From an uncultured Chryseobacterium sp. (GTDB lineage Bacteria; Bacteroidota; Bacteroidia; Flavobacteriales_F; PHOS-HE28), in the NCBI GenBank assembly GCA_964592515.1, contig CAZQFG010000003.1:1-42391 (forward strand): DNA of 42,391 nt, given 5' to 3'. Each line of letters starts with the position of its first letter. Within the stretch, counting starts at the first letter, position 1. The notes beneath the pieces were generated by a model. It was given only the letters and a program-made list of their open reading frames with translations. It was not told the DNA's origin and ran no database searches. Both the position numbers and the translations under genes were made by a program. Positions 9,752-18,724 of this stretch are shown here, in pieces.

Positions 9752-10060
9752 ACTGGGAATGAACGGTGATGGACGGGAATTCAAATGCCATGAAAGCCGC
9801 AGATGGCGCAGATGGCCGACGCTCAAGTCCGGGCAGGATCTTCCGCAGGAGAACCTGCTCGTTGGTAGCTCAGCCTTACTCAACCGGTAATGAACGCATA
9901 TGAACGGAAATGAACGAGCCCATTCATGTTCATCCCCGTCCATTCACGGTTCTGCACTGGATTGAAATTCAACCGGAAATGAACAGGGATGCACGGAAAT
10001 GAATGAGCCCATTCACGCCAGCCTGCCGGCTGGCAGGTGCATGAACGTGCATTCACAGTT
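9752..10060. repeat. Cluster of REP-like imperfect palindromic repeats built from ~10-bp ATGAAC(G) units
   Basis: Copy A 9881-9951 and copy B 9970-10060 (AACCGG(T/A)AATGAAC...GAGCCCATTCA...CATTCAC(G/A)GTT) plus a left-arm-only copy at 9752-9787. Confidence 0.8.
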
Positions 10061-10152
10061 CCCTCTTCATCCAAACCGTTCATCACCAAGTGGCCCCTGC
10101 CGCAGGGTCACTTTCTGCGGGTTGCGGCATCAAGGGTACACGACACAGACCC

Positions 10153-11535
10153 ATGAACACTCGAACCTCTCTCCTGCTTGTAGCCACCACCCTCCTCCTT
10201 GGCGTTGGGGGCTGGCGGTATACCACCCACCGGTCGGCCACGGCCCAAGCACCATCAACGGCCTTCACTCCTGCCACCACCGTGGCGCACAGCAGTGCGC
10301 CGAACCTACCCGCGCACGCTGTAATGCCCCCAGCGGACCAACATGCGGCAGCGCCGGCGCGCAAGGTGGCAGGCACCCACACCGCCCCCACGGCCCGGAC
10401 CAACACTGCGGCCCAAGGCACGCACCGCCTGCCGGTCCAGCACTTCAGGGTGAACGCCGGGCGCGATACCCTGCTGCGAACCGAAGGAGGATGTGCCGTG
10501 CGTATACCCGCGAACTGCTTCGTGGATGCCAGCGGTGAACCCGTGAAAGGCCCGATCACCGTGCAGGTTCAGGAGGCCCTTACACCCACCGACCTGCTGC
10601 TGGGCGGCCTGGCAACTGTTTACAACGGCAAGGCGTTGGAGAGCGGGGGCAGCTTCTGCATCATGGCCAGCGCCATGGGCCAGGTGCTGCAACTGGCCAA
10701 CGATATGGCGCTCGACATGGCCGTACCCTCGCGCATGAAGAAGTCCGGCATGCAGTTCTTCCCCGGCGAGGTAGAACAAGGCCAGGTGGTGTGGCAGCAA
10801 CCCGAGCCACTGGAGGCACCGGTGGCGCAGCAAGAGGGCGTGCGCTTCTGGTTGGAGGACGTGGGCGACAGTCTCTCCACCAACGTCACCTACAGCGTAG
10901 AGGGCTTTGAAAAGCCCCAGGACGCGCCCATTGAGGTGACCGACCGCGTGAGCGAAGTGGCTTGGGCGAACGGGGGCCTCATGCTGAAACGCGATAGCAG
11001 CTTCAACGTGGGCAAGCACCGCGTGCATTTCTACGCCAACGCAGCGCCCACCAGCACCGCCGAGGTGCCCATGTGGCAGGTCCGGATCGACACGCCGGGC
11101 CAAAGCGTGGTGGGCACCAACACCTTCCATGAAGACCCAGCGGTGAACTACGTGTTCCGCGTAAAGCGCCTGGGCTGGGCCAACATAGATCGCTTGTTGA
11201 ACGACAAGCGCACACGCACTGTTGACATGCGCACCACCATTACCGACACCACTGGCCTGCAGGATGTGCGCATCTCGCTGGTGATGAAAAGTCACAACAT
11301 CTACCTGCCCGGTTACCAGCGCGCCGATGGAGGCTACGGTTTCTCACACGGCGACTTCGAACCCATGCAGCTGCCTATTGGGGCCAACGCGCTTGTGGTG
11401 GCCACCGCACAGCGTAACGGCAAGCCGTGCTACGCCATACGACCGGTGGTGATCGCGCCCACCGCCCACGTGCAACTGCACCTGCAGCCCACCACGGATG
11501 CGGAATTGAAAGCGGCGTTGATGGCGGCGTTGTGA
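10153..11535 (+). CDS. Hypothetical membrane-anchored/exported protein (Bacteroidota-type)
   Basis: N-terminal hydrophobic segment, Ala/Thr/Pro-rich linker, then DTLLRTEGG..IPANCFVD...LESGGSF and YVFRVKRLGWANIDRL blocks; start ATG 10153. Confidence 0.75.
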   Translation: MNTRTSLLLVATTLLLGVGGWRYTTHRSATAQAPSTAFTPATTVAHSSAPNLPAHAVMPPADQHAAAPARKVAGTHTAPTARTNTAAQGTHRLPVQHFRVNAGRDTLLRTEGGCAVRIPANCFVDASGEPVKGPITVQVQEALTPTDLLLGGLATVYNGKALESGGSFCIMASAMGQVLQLANDMALDMAVPSRMKKSGMQFFPGEVEQGQVVWQQPEPLEAPVAQQEGVRFWLEDVGDSLSTNVTYSVEGFEKPQDAPIEVTDRVSEVAWANGGLMLKRDSSFNVGKHRVHFYANAAPTSTAEVPMWQVRIDTPGQSVVGTNTFHEDPAVNYVFRVKRLGWANIDRLLNDKRTRTVDMRTTITDTTGLQDVRISLVMKSHNIYLPGYQRADGGYGFSHGDFEPMQLPIGANALVVATAQRNGKPCYAIRPVVIAPTAHVQLHLQPTTDAELKAALMAAL

Positions 11536-11555
11536 ACGACCATGGACCGCAAGCT

Positions 11556-11915
11556 TCAGGTCCGCAGGTTCTGCCAACCCATGAATGCCATCCCGGCTCC
11601 ACCCAGGACAGGACCATAAGCCACTATGTAATAGCCTTTCATGTTCACCGCGCCAAAGAAGGTGCCCAGCGTAAGCAGCAGACCAAAGCCGCATAGGGCC
11701 AGTCCGCTGTACATCATGGTGCGGTTGCGGCTGATCGAGACATCCTTCAGCATGTGCTTCATCACCAGGTCATCCACGGCGATGAAGATCTCGCGGATCT
11801 TGGCATCGGGCATACCATCCTGCTCCAAGCGTCGGCGTACATCGCTCAGTTCCATTCGCCCGGCACGGATCTCGGCCACAAAGTGGGCTATGGCGTGGGC
11901 GTGGTCGGAGGACAT
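11556..11915 (-). CDS. Hypothetical membrane protein
   Basis: Helical N-terminal domain + two C-terminal TM helices ending YYIVAYGPVLGG; upstream -7-like box TAGTTTCG (11932-11939, minus strand). Confidence 0.7.
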   Translation of the reverse strand: MSSDHAHAIAHFVAEIRAGRMELSDVRRRLEQDGMPDAKIREIFIAVDDLVMKHMLKDVSISRNRTMMYSGLALCGFGLLLTLGTFFGAVNMKGYYIVAYGPVLGGAGMAFMGWQNLRT

Positions 11916-12029
11916 GATCACTGGACCGGCACGAAACTACGAGCCTGCAGCACAAGGAACATAAGGCCCTTACCATTTACAAATGACCGCAGAACCCTGA
12001 CCAGTTCAGCACCACCGTACCTTGCCAGT

Positions 12030-12416
12030 CTGCACAGGTCCTACCTCATCCTCTTGGCCTTGGCGGTCCTGATCGGGGGTATATGCAAAGCGCAGGAACA
12101 ACAGCCGTTCGGCAGTGTGGAGGAGTGTTTTATAAGTGGGAGGAAAGGGTATTCCACTGCGTTCAGGTCAAAGGTCCGCTGGCCACACGATAGCTTGATG
12201 ACCAACAAGAACCTTGGTCACGTCTTCTTCGACGTTGAACTGGATACGCTGGGCCGCATCGTGGACTTCATGGTCATCCACTCGCCGAACCCGCTGTTGG
12301 ACCAAGAGGTGCGCACCGAACTACTGGCCACACAAGGCATGTGGAAGCCTTTAGTGGTGGATGGTCGCATGAGCCCATGCATAGAACGGGAACATGTCCA
12401 CTTTGAGTTCAGATGA
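12030..12416 (+). CDS. Energy transducer TonB C-terminal-domain protein (start codon uncertain: CTG 12030 or TTG 12054)
   Basis: Signal-like LHRSYLILLALAVLIGGICKAQ, then VRWP...GHVFFDVELDTLGRIVDFMVIHSPNPLLDQEV...WKP..VDG, the TonB_C pattern. Confidence 0.65.
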   Translation: MHRSYLILLALAVLIGGICKAQEQQPFGSVEECFISGRKGYSTAFRSKVRWPHDSLMTNKNLGHVFFDVELDTLGRIVDFMVIHSPNPLLDQEVRTELLATQGMWKPLVVDGRMSPCIEREHVHFEFR

Positions 12417-12559
12417 ACGGAAGCGCACGCATCGCCCTTCCCTTTCGCTCCATCTAACATCGATGGCGGTCCGTCGGATCGCGCGGGGGGTAATGCGGTG
12501 CGATCCTTTCCTTGTGCGGCATCATGCATCCGCGCTAATTTTATCCGCAGCACACGACC

Positions 12560-13324
12560 ATGTCCATCAACCCAGCCGCCATCCGCATTCTGATCGTAGA
12601 GGATGAGCCGATCATCAGTCGCGATATTGAACGACGGCTGAAGGACATGGGCTATGAGGTCACGGGTATCATGCGCGATGGACTGGGCGCCGTGGACCGG
12701 GCACGTGATGATGCGCCTGATGTGGTGTTGATGGACATCAAGCTGAAAGATGGTCCGAGCGGGATCATGGCGGCACGCACCATACGACAGGACCTGGGCA
12801 TACCGGTGATCTTTCTGACGGCAAACAGCGACGAGGCCACGGTGAGCAAAGCGCGTCTGGCAGAGCCTTACGGCTTTGTAGTGAAGCCCTTCAGTGACCC
12901 GGCCTTGCGCACGGCCATCGAGATCGCCCTGGCGCACTTTGAAGAAGAGATGCGGGTGCTTCGTGAGCGTGACCGTCTGTATAGCCTGATGGAGGACGGC
13001 ACCGACCAGGAGTACCTGTTCGTGAAGAGCAAAGGGCGGCAGATCCGCCTGCGCATGCGCGACATTACTTACTTGGAAGCACTAAAGGACTATGTGGGCA
13101 TACACGTGGGCGGCCAGCGTTACGTGATCCACAGCACATTGCAGGACCTGGAGGCCCGTATACCGGCGCGGCAGTTCATGCGCGTGCACCGCTCGTTCAT
13201 TGTGCGCATGGACAAGATCCTGAGCGTGGAAGAAGGCCAGGTGAGCTTGGAGCACGAGGCAAAGCCGGTGCCCATTGGCGGATCTTACCTGGGCAAAGTG
13301 CGCGAGCGGCTCGACCCCTTGTAA
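12560..13324 (+). CDS. Response regulator, REC + LytTR DNA-binding domain
   Basis: ILIVEDE, PDVVLMDI, PVIFLTA, KPF; LFVKSKG..IRL..ITYLEALKDYV...FMRVHRSFIV...PIGGSY. Confidence 0.92.
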   Translation: MSINPAAIRILIVEDEPIISRDIERRLKDMGYEVTGIMRDGLGAVDRARDDAPDVVLMDIKLKDGPSGIMAARTIRQDLGIPVIFLTANSDEATVSKARLAEPYGFVVKPFSDPALRTAIEIALAHFEEEMRVLRERDRLYSLMEDGTDQEYLFVKSKGRQIRLRMRDITYLEALKDYVGIHVGGQRYVIHSTLQDLEARIPARQFMRVHRSFIVRMDKILSVEEGQVSLEHEAKPVPIGGSYLGKVRERLDPL

Positions 13325-13483
13325 GCCCCGGCAGAAAAGCACGGCAAGGGCCACCCATGGTGAATTGGGATGGCCGAAATAGGGACTTTCCCAAAAAAGG
13401 TTCAGTCGTGATGGAGATCGCACGACAGGTCCTATTTTGCACTCCCTTTACCCGGCCCCGATCATTCATTCAACGCCGACCCT

Positions 13484-16400
13484 ATGCACCAAGGTCCCCT
13501 CCGCCACCTGTTCCTATCGTCCGCCCTCATCGCCTTATCCGTTCTGGGGCAGGCACAGGACAAGCTCCCCGATCTGCGGGTGTTCCCCACGGGGGCCGAA
13601 CTGCTTGAAGAAGGCCACCAGCTGAACCGGGAAGAGAAGTACAACGAGGCCGTCGCGAAGTACGAGGCCATCAACGAGAACGACACCACCTACGAGGCGG
13701 CATTGCTGGAGATCGGGGTGATCCACTATAAGCAGAAGGACTACGCCAAGAGCGAGAAGGCCTTTCAGAAGGGCTACGACCTGAACGCCTCCATGGCCCA
13801 TGTGTTCGCCAAGAACATGGGCCTGTTGTACAGCGAGATGAAGGAGTTCGATAAGGCGTTGGCATGGATGGACGCGGTGATCGCGGAATTCCCACGCAAC
13901 ACGGACCTGCTGTACACCAAGGGCGGCATTTACGAGAACAAGGGCGACCACAAGGCGGCGATGGAGACCTACATGGCCTGTGCCCGCAGCAACCCCTATC
14001 ACACCCGCACCCACTTGCGGCTGAGCGCCCTGGCCGTGAACGAAGGGGCCCTGGCCCAGGCGGCCATGTCGCAATTCTACTACCTCTACATCACCGACGG
14101 TGGAGAGGAGGCCACCAACGCCCTGGCCTGGGTGAACGAATTCCTGCGCGGCAGTATCAAGGCCGAACCCAAGGGCCTGACCATTCCGGGGCGCGATAAC
14201 TACGCCGAGCTGGACCTATTGATCGAGAACCGCATTGCCATGAGCACGAGCTACAAGGCCTACAAGGGGCTGATGCTCGCCTTTGCCCGACAGTACCACC
14301 TGATCGTGGACCAACTGGCCAAGGACCCGCCCACCGGCGATTTCTGGAGCGACTACTACCTGCCCATCTTCCTGCAATTCCGCACGGAGGGGCTGGAGGA
14401 GGGCTGGATGTACCATTGCCTGGGCTACAGCGGTAATGAGGACCACCTGAAAGAGGTGAAGAAGAACGAATCGAAGCGCGCCAAGTTCTACACCCGTGCG
14501 GCGGACATCCTGCGAGAGAACCATTGCACCTTCTCCGAGCAGCTTTCCAGCGGTCCGCAGGAGGTATATCACGCTTACAAGAACAACGCGCTCATGGCCT
14601 ATGGCCCCTATGACAAGTCCACGGGCAACCTGATCGGCGAGAGCTACTTCTACCACCCCAACGGCCGCCTGGCCAGCTACGGCAAGTTCGACAACGAGGG
14701 CGATCGCCAAGGCCCCTGGACCTACTACCACGCCAACGGCCTGGTGCGCTCCAAGGACATCTACAAGGACAATGAGCTGAACGGCGTGTACACCGACTAT
14801 TACGATTCAGGTGTGCGCGAGGACTCCACCACCTTCAAGGAAGGCAAAGTGGACGGCCCTTACTACGAGCACACCCGTTCGGGCGCCCTACGCCGTATGC
14901 GCACCTTCAACGCCGATGGCGCCAATGGGCCCAGCGAGCGTTATTACCAATGCGGCAGCAAGGAATACGACATCACGCTGAAGAACGGCAAGGCAGAGGG
15001 TGCCGTGACCGGCTACTATGCCGATGGCCGCAAGGAGTTCGAGGGTGTGTTCGCCGATGATGAGCGCAACGGAGTGAACCGCAACTACGATCGCGAGGGC
15101 CGTGTCTCCAGCGAAGTATCTTACGTGAACGGCGAGAACGACGGCCCCTTCAAGTTCTACCACGACAACGGCAAGCTGCGCGTGGAAGGCACCTCGAAGG
15201 CCGGGGTCACCATCGGCGAACGCCGCACCTACCACCCCAACGGTCAACCCAACGTGGTGGAGCGCTACAACGACAAAGGCAAGCTGCAAGGCCAGGCCCA
15301 GGAGTTCGACTCGGACGGCAAGCTCACCTACGAGAGCACCTACGAGAACGGCAAGATGATGAGCTACAAGTACTACGACAAATCGGGCGCCGTGATCAAG
15401 GAGGCCAAGCGCCAGAAAGGTGCGTTCGACTTCGTGGGCTACTTCCCCAATGGCAGCAAGGCCAGCGAAGGCCGTTACCGCGATGCCGAAGGCAAGGAGG
15501 GCGAGTGGAGCTACTACTGGGAAGATGGCAGCCTGCGCGCCAAGGAGCGCTTTGAGAACGGGATGCTGGAAGGCCGTGTGGACAACTTCCACCGCAACGG
15601 TGCACTTAAGTCGAGCGCCATGTACGTGGCCGGCGATGAGACCGGGCCCTACTGCATCTACTACCCCAACGGCACCAAGCGCGAGGAAGGCACCAAGTTG
15701 GAGGACGAACTGCACGGCGAGCGTTTCCTTTACCGTGCCGATGGCACTCTGGAGCGCAAGGAATTCTACCAGAACGGCAGTTCAGTGGGTGTACAATATG
15801 CACTGGCCCCCGATGGCCGTGTGGTGGACAAGACCTGGTACGACCAGGACATCTTTACCCGCATTGTCACACTGGACAGCACAGGCAAGGCCATTGACAG
15901 CATTGATGTGCCCGCAGCGAAGGAGTTCCTGCTCAAGGGTCGCCAGTTGGACGGCAAGGTGCGCAGGGAGCACATGTACAAGAACCGTATCGGCCATGGT
16001 GCATACAAGGCCTACCACCCCAACGGCAAGGTTTCCGTGGAAGGCCAGTTCCTGAACGGCGACCGCCACGGCGAATGGAAGTTCTACTACCACACCGGCA
16101 AGCTCTCGGGCACAGCTGTGTACGACCTGGGTACCCTGCACGGCCCCGACGTGGACTACTATGAGAACGGCAACAAGAAGAGCGAAGTGAATTTTGTGCA
16201 CGGCCAGCGCGAAGGTGACCTGGTGCGCTACCACGAGAACGGCCAAGTGAGCAGCCGCGTTCCCCAGTTCTACGATATGGACCATGGCACCGCCACCTAT
16301 TACACCGACAAGGGGGAAGTGGAGATGGTGCGCTACTACGAGATGGACCGCCTGATCGGCTACAGCTACGAAGGCCCAGATGGGCAGCTGGTACCCATGA

Positions 16401-16801
16401 TCCCTGTGGCGAACGAGACCGGTCGCATTGAGACCAAGTTCCGCAATGGCAAGACCGCCCGCGTGATGGAACTGAAGAACGGTTACATCAATGGCGAGCT
16501 GACACAGTACAGCTCCGAAGGCAAACTGATCAGCAAGCGCACCTACCTGAACGGCGATGAGCACGGCATTACCGAGCAATACCACACCAACGGACAGCTG
16601 CGTTACAAGGGCAACTACATCTGCGGCCAGGCCGATGGTGAGCACCTCTCCTATTACGACAACGGCAAGCTGCGCCAGCGCGCCCTCTACAAGAGCGGCG
16701 ACCAGCACGGCATCACCCTGCTTTACGACCGCACCACGGGTAAGGTGACCGAACAGCATTATTACCGCAACGACAACCTGCTCTCGATCACTCTCCGATA
16801 G
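13484..16801 (+). CDS. Secreted TPR + MORN2/YwqK-type repeat protein
   Basis: Signal peptide; N-terminal TPR helices; roughly 700 aa of G-x-W/Y-x-Y-Y/H-x-N-G repeats. Confidence 0.88.
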   Translation: MHQGPLRHLFLSSALIALSVLGQAQDKLPDLRVFPTGAELLEEGHQLNREEKYNEAVAKYEAINENDTTYEAALLEIGVIHYKQKDYAKSEKAFQKGYDLNASMAHVFAKNMGLLYSEMKEFDKALAWMDAVIAEFPRNTDLLYTKGGIYENKGDHKAAMETYMACARSNPYHTRTHLRLSALAVNEGALAQAAMSQFYYLYITDGGEEATNALAWVNEFLRGSIKAEPKGLTIPGRDNYAELDLLIENRIAMSTSYKAYKGLMLAFARQYHLIVDQLAKDPPTGDFWSDYYLPIFLQFRTEGLEEGWMYHCLGYSGNEDHLKEVKKNESKRAKFYTRAADILRENHCTFSEQLSSGPQEVYHAYKNNALMAYGPYDKSTGNLIGESYFYHPNGRLASYGKFDNEGDRQGPWTYYHANGLVRSKDIYKDNELNGVYTDYYDSGVREDSTTFKEGKVDGPYYEHTRSGALRRMRTFNADGANGPSERYYQCGSKEYDITLKNGKAEGAVTGYYADGRKEFEGVFADDERNGVNRNYDREGRVSSEVSYVNGENDGPFKFYHDNGKLRVEGTSKAGVTIGERRTYHPNGQPNVVERYNDKGKLQGQAQEFDSDGKLTYESTYENGKMMSYKYYDKSGAVIKEAKRQKGAFDFVGYFPNGSKASEGRYRDAEGKEGEWSYYWEDGSLRAKERFENGMLEGRVDNFHRNGALKSSAMYVAGDETGPYCIYYPNGTKREEGTKLEDELHGERFLYRADGTLERKEFYQNGSSVGVQYALAPDGRVVDKTWYDQDIFTRIVTLDSTGKAIDSIDVPAAKEFLLKGRQLDGKVRREHMYKNRIGHGAYKAYHPNGKVSVEGQFLNGDRHGEWKFYYHTGKLSGTAVYDLGTLHGPDVDYYENGNKKSEVNFVHGQREGDLVRYHENGQVSSRVPQFYDMDHGTATYYTDKGEVEMVRYYEMDRLIGYSYEGPDGQLVPMIPVANETGRIETKFRNGKTARVMELKNGYINGELTQYSSEGKLISKRTYLNGDEHGITEQYHTNGQLRYKGNYICGQADGEHLSYYDNGKLRQRALYKSGDQHGITLLYDRTTGKVTEQHYYRNDNLLSITLR

Positions 16802-18724
16802 ATGCGTCCCATCCTCGCTTTAAGTGCGCTCTGTTGTGCCGCCGTGCAGTGCCTGGCCCAGGTGCCCAATGCCGATCTGGAACGGCTGAAAGGGCTTTAC
16901 AAGGATGCGCCCAGTGCACTGATCAAGAACAATACCACCTATACATTCACCATGGTGAAGGGCCAGGTGAAGGCCTTACGCGTGGTGGAGCAGGAACGCA
17001 TGATGCTCACCAAGTTCCCCGGAATGGAGAGCGAGGACGTGCATTATGCCAAGAGCCTCGTGACCCTGAACGGACTGAACGCCTGGTCCATGGTGCCAGG
17101 CGAGAAGGGCTACCGCAAAGTGCCTGTGGAGCGAATAACCCACAAGGACGACCTGGACGACCAGATCTTCCACAATGACAACCGGGTGGCCAGCTTCGTG
17201 TTCCCCTCTGTGGACGTGGGCACCGTTACCCACTTGGATTACGGGTTGGACTACAGCGATGCCCGCATGCTCACCGGCCACTTCTTCGGCAGTGGCGAAC
17301 CGGTGGAACAGAGCACCCTCACCATCATCACCGACCCCGGTATTGAGATCGATGTGCGAACCTTCCACGTGGACCCTTCTCAGCTACGCAAAGAGGTGAC
17401 CACCAAGGGCAAGAAGACCATCACCACCTACACCATGTCGGGCCTGCAGCCCTTCCGGTCGGACGATGACGCCCCCTCTTTCCGCTACTTCGTGCCGCAC
17501 GCCTACGTGCTGGTGAAGAACTACAACTCCGGCAAGACCACCGAACGTATGCTGGGCGATGTGGACCTGTTGTACAAGATGTACTACGAAAACATCGTGA
17601 ACACCGAGGGCCCGCCCACAGCGGACATCAAGGCATTGGTTGACAGCATCACTGACCCAACGCTGCCCGAAGTGGAGAACGTTCGCCGGATCTTCAACTG
17701 GGTGCAGGACCACGTGAAGTACATCGCCTTCGAGGACGGCATGAACGGACTGGTGCCCCTGCCCGCCGAACAGGTACTGACCAGCCGCTACGGCGATTGC
17801 AAGGGCATGGCCTGCCTGCTAACCACCATGAACCGCTGCATTGGTGCCGATGTGCACCTGGCCTGGACCGGTTCGCGCAACATCCCCTACCTCTATTCGG
17901 AACTACCCACCCCTGCCGCCGATGACCATATGATCGCGGTGTACCGGCCGGAGAACAACCCCATATTCCTGGACGCCACGGGGGCCGATGTGCCTTTCGG
18001 TATGCCTACGGCCTTCATTCAAGGCAAGGACGTGCTGGTATCAATGGGCCCCGACCGCTTCGTGGTGCTGAACGTGCCCGTGGTGCCCGCCAAGGACAAC
18101 CTGCGGGCCGATACCAACCGCGTGGTGATCGATGGCGACAAGTTCGTGGGGTACACGGATTCGTGGTCCACGGGATTCCATCGCAGCACCATTGCCGGCG
18201 CCTTTCGACGCGTGAAGGCCGAGGACCACAAGGAGATGGTGCGCCGCATGCTCTCCAAGGGCAACAACAAGTTCAAGGTGGACAGCTTCACCGTGGCCGG
18301 CCGCGAGGACCGCAACGCCCCTTTCCACCTGAAGGCATGGTGGTCCATTGGCGACATTGTGCGCACGGGCAACGGCGAGCAATACGTGAACCTGCACCTT
18401 GACCGTCCCTTCCTGGACCGTCTATACCGCGAAAGCCGCAAGGTGGGTGTTGAGAACGACCATACCAGTGCGTTCACCAGCGTTACCATCCTGCAGGTCC
18501 CCAAGGGGGCCAAGGTGACCCATGTGCCCGAGCCCAGTTCGTTCAAGGACGAGCGCTTCAGCTACACCATCACCTACGAGGTGCTTCCCGGTGAAGTGCG
18601 TTGCATCGGCCAATTCGATGAGGAACGCATTTACCTCAGTGTTGAGGACCTCGCCGTTTGGCGCACCATGCTCAAGAAACTGCGCTCCGACATGGACCGC
18701 TCCGTCGTACTCCGTATCCAATGA
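16802..18724 (+). CDS. DUF3857 + transglutaminase-like domain protein, catalytic triad intact
   Basis: Signal peptide; VFPSVDVGTV; IFNWVQDHVKYIA; YGDCKGMACLL (Cys), DHMIAVY (His), FLDAT (Asp). Confidence 0.88.
   Translation: MRPILALSALCCAAVQCLAQVPNADLERLKGLYKDAPSALIKNNTTYTFTMVKGQVKALRVVEQERMMLTKFPGMESEDVHYAKSLVTLNGLNAWSMVPGEKGYRKVPVERITHKDDLDDQIFHNDNRVASFVFPSVDVGTVTHLDYGLDYSDARMLTGHFFGSGEPVEQSTLTIITDPGIEIDVRTFHVDPSQLRKEVTTKGKKTITTYTMSGLQPFRSDDDAPSFRYFVPHAYVLVKNYNSGKTTERMLGDVDLLYKMYYENIVNTEGPPTADIKALVDSITDPTLPEVENVRRIFNWVQDHVKYIAFEDGMNGLVPLPAEQVLTSRYGDCKGMACLLTTMNRCIGADVHLAWTGSRNIPYLYSELPTPAADDHMIAVYRPENNPIFLDATGADVPFGMPTAFIQGKDVLVSMGPDRFVVLNVPVVPAKDNLRADTNRVVIDGDKFVGYTDSWSTGFHRSTIAGAFRRVKAEDHKEMVRRMLSKGNNKFKVDSFTVAGREDRNAPFHLKAWWSIGDIVRTGNGEQYVNLHLDRPFLDRLYRESRKVGVENDHTSAFTSVTILQVPKGAKVTHVPEPSSFKDERFSYTITYEVLPGEVRCIGQFDEERIYLSVEDLAVWRTMLKKLRSDMDRSVVLRIQ

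Noticed and set aside
9825-9834. RNase P RNA (AAGTCCGGGC resembles the P4 5' strand)
   Set aside because: It lacks the preceding GAGGA and the matching 3' ACAGAA...GGCTTA element; it lies within the repeat cluster
13484-16801. Toxin-antitoxin system (YwqK antitoxin label)
   Set aside because: Only the generic MORN2-like repeat matches; the protein is 1105 aa with signal peptide and TPRs, and no toxin gene is adjacent
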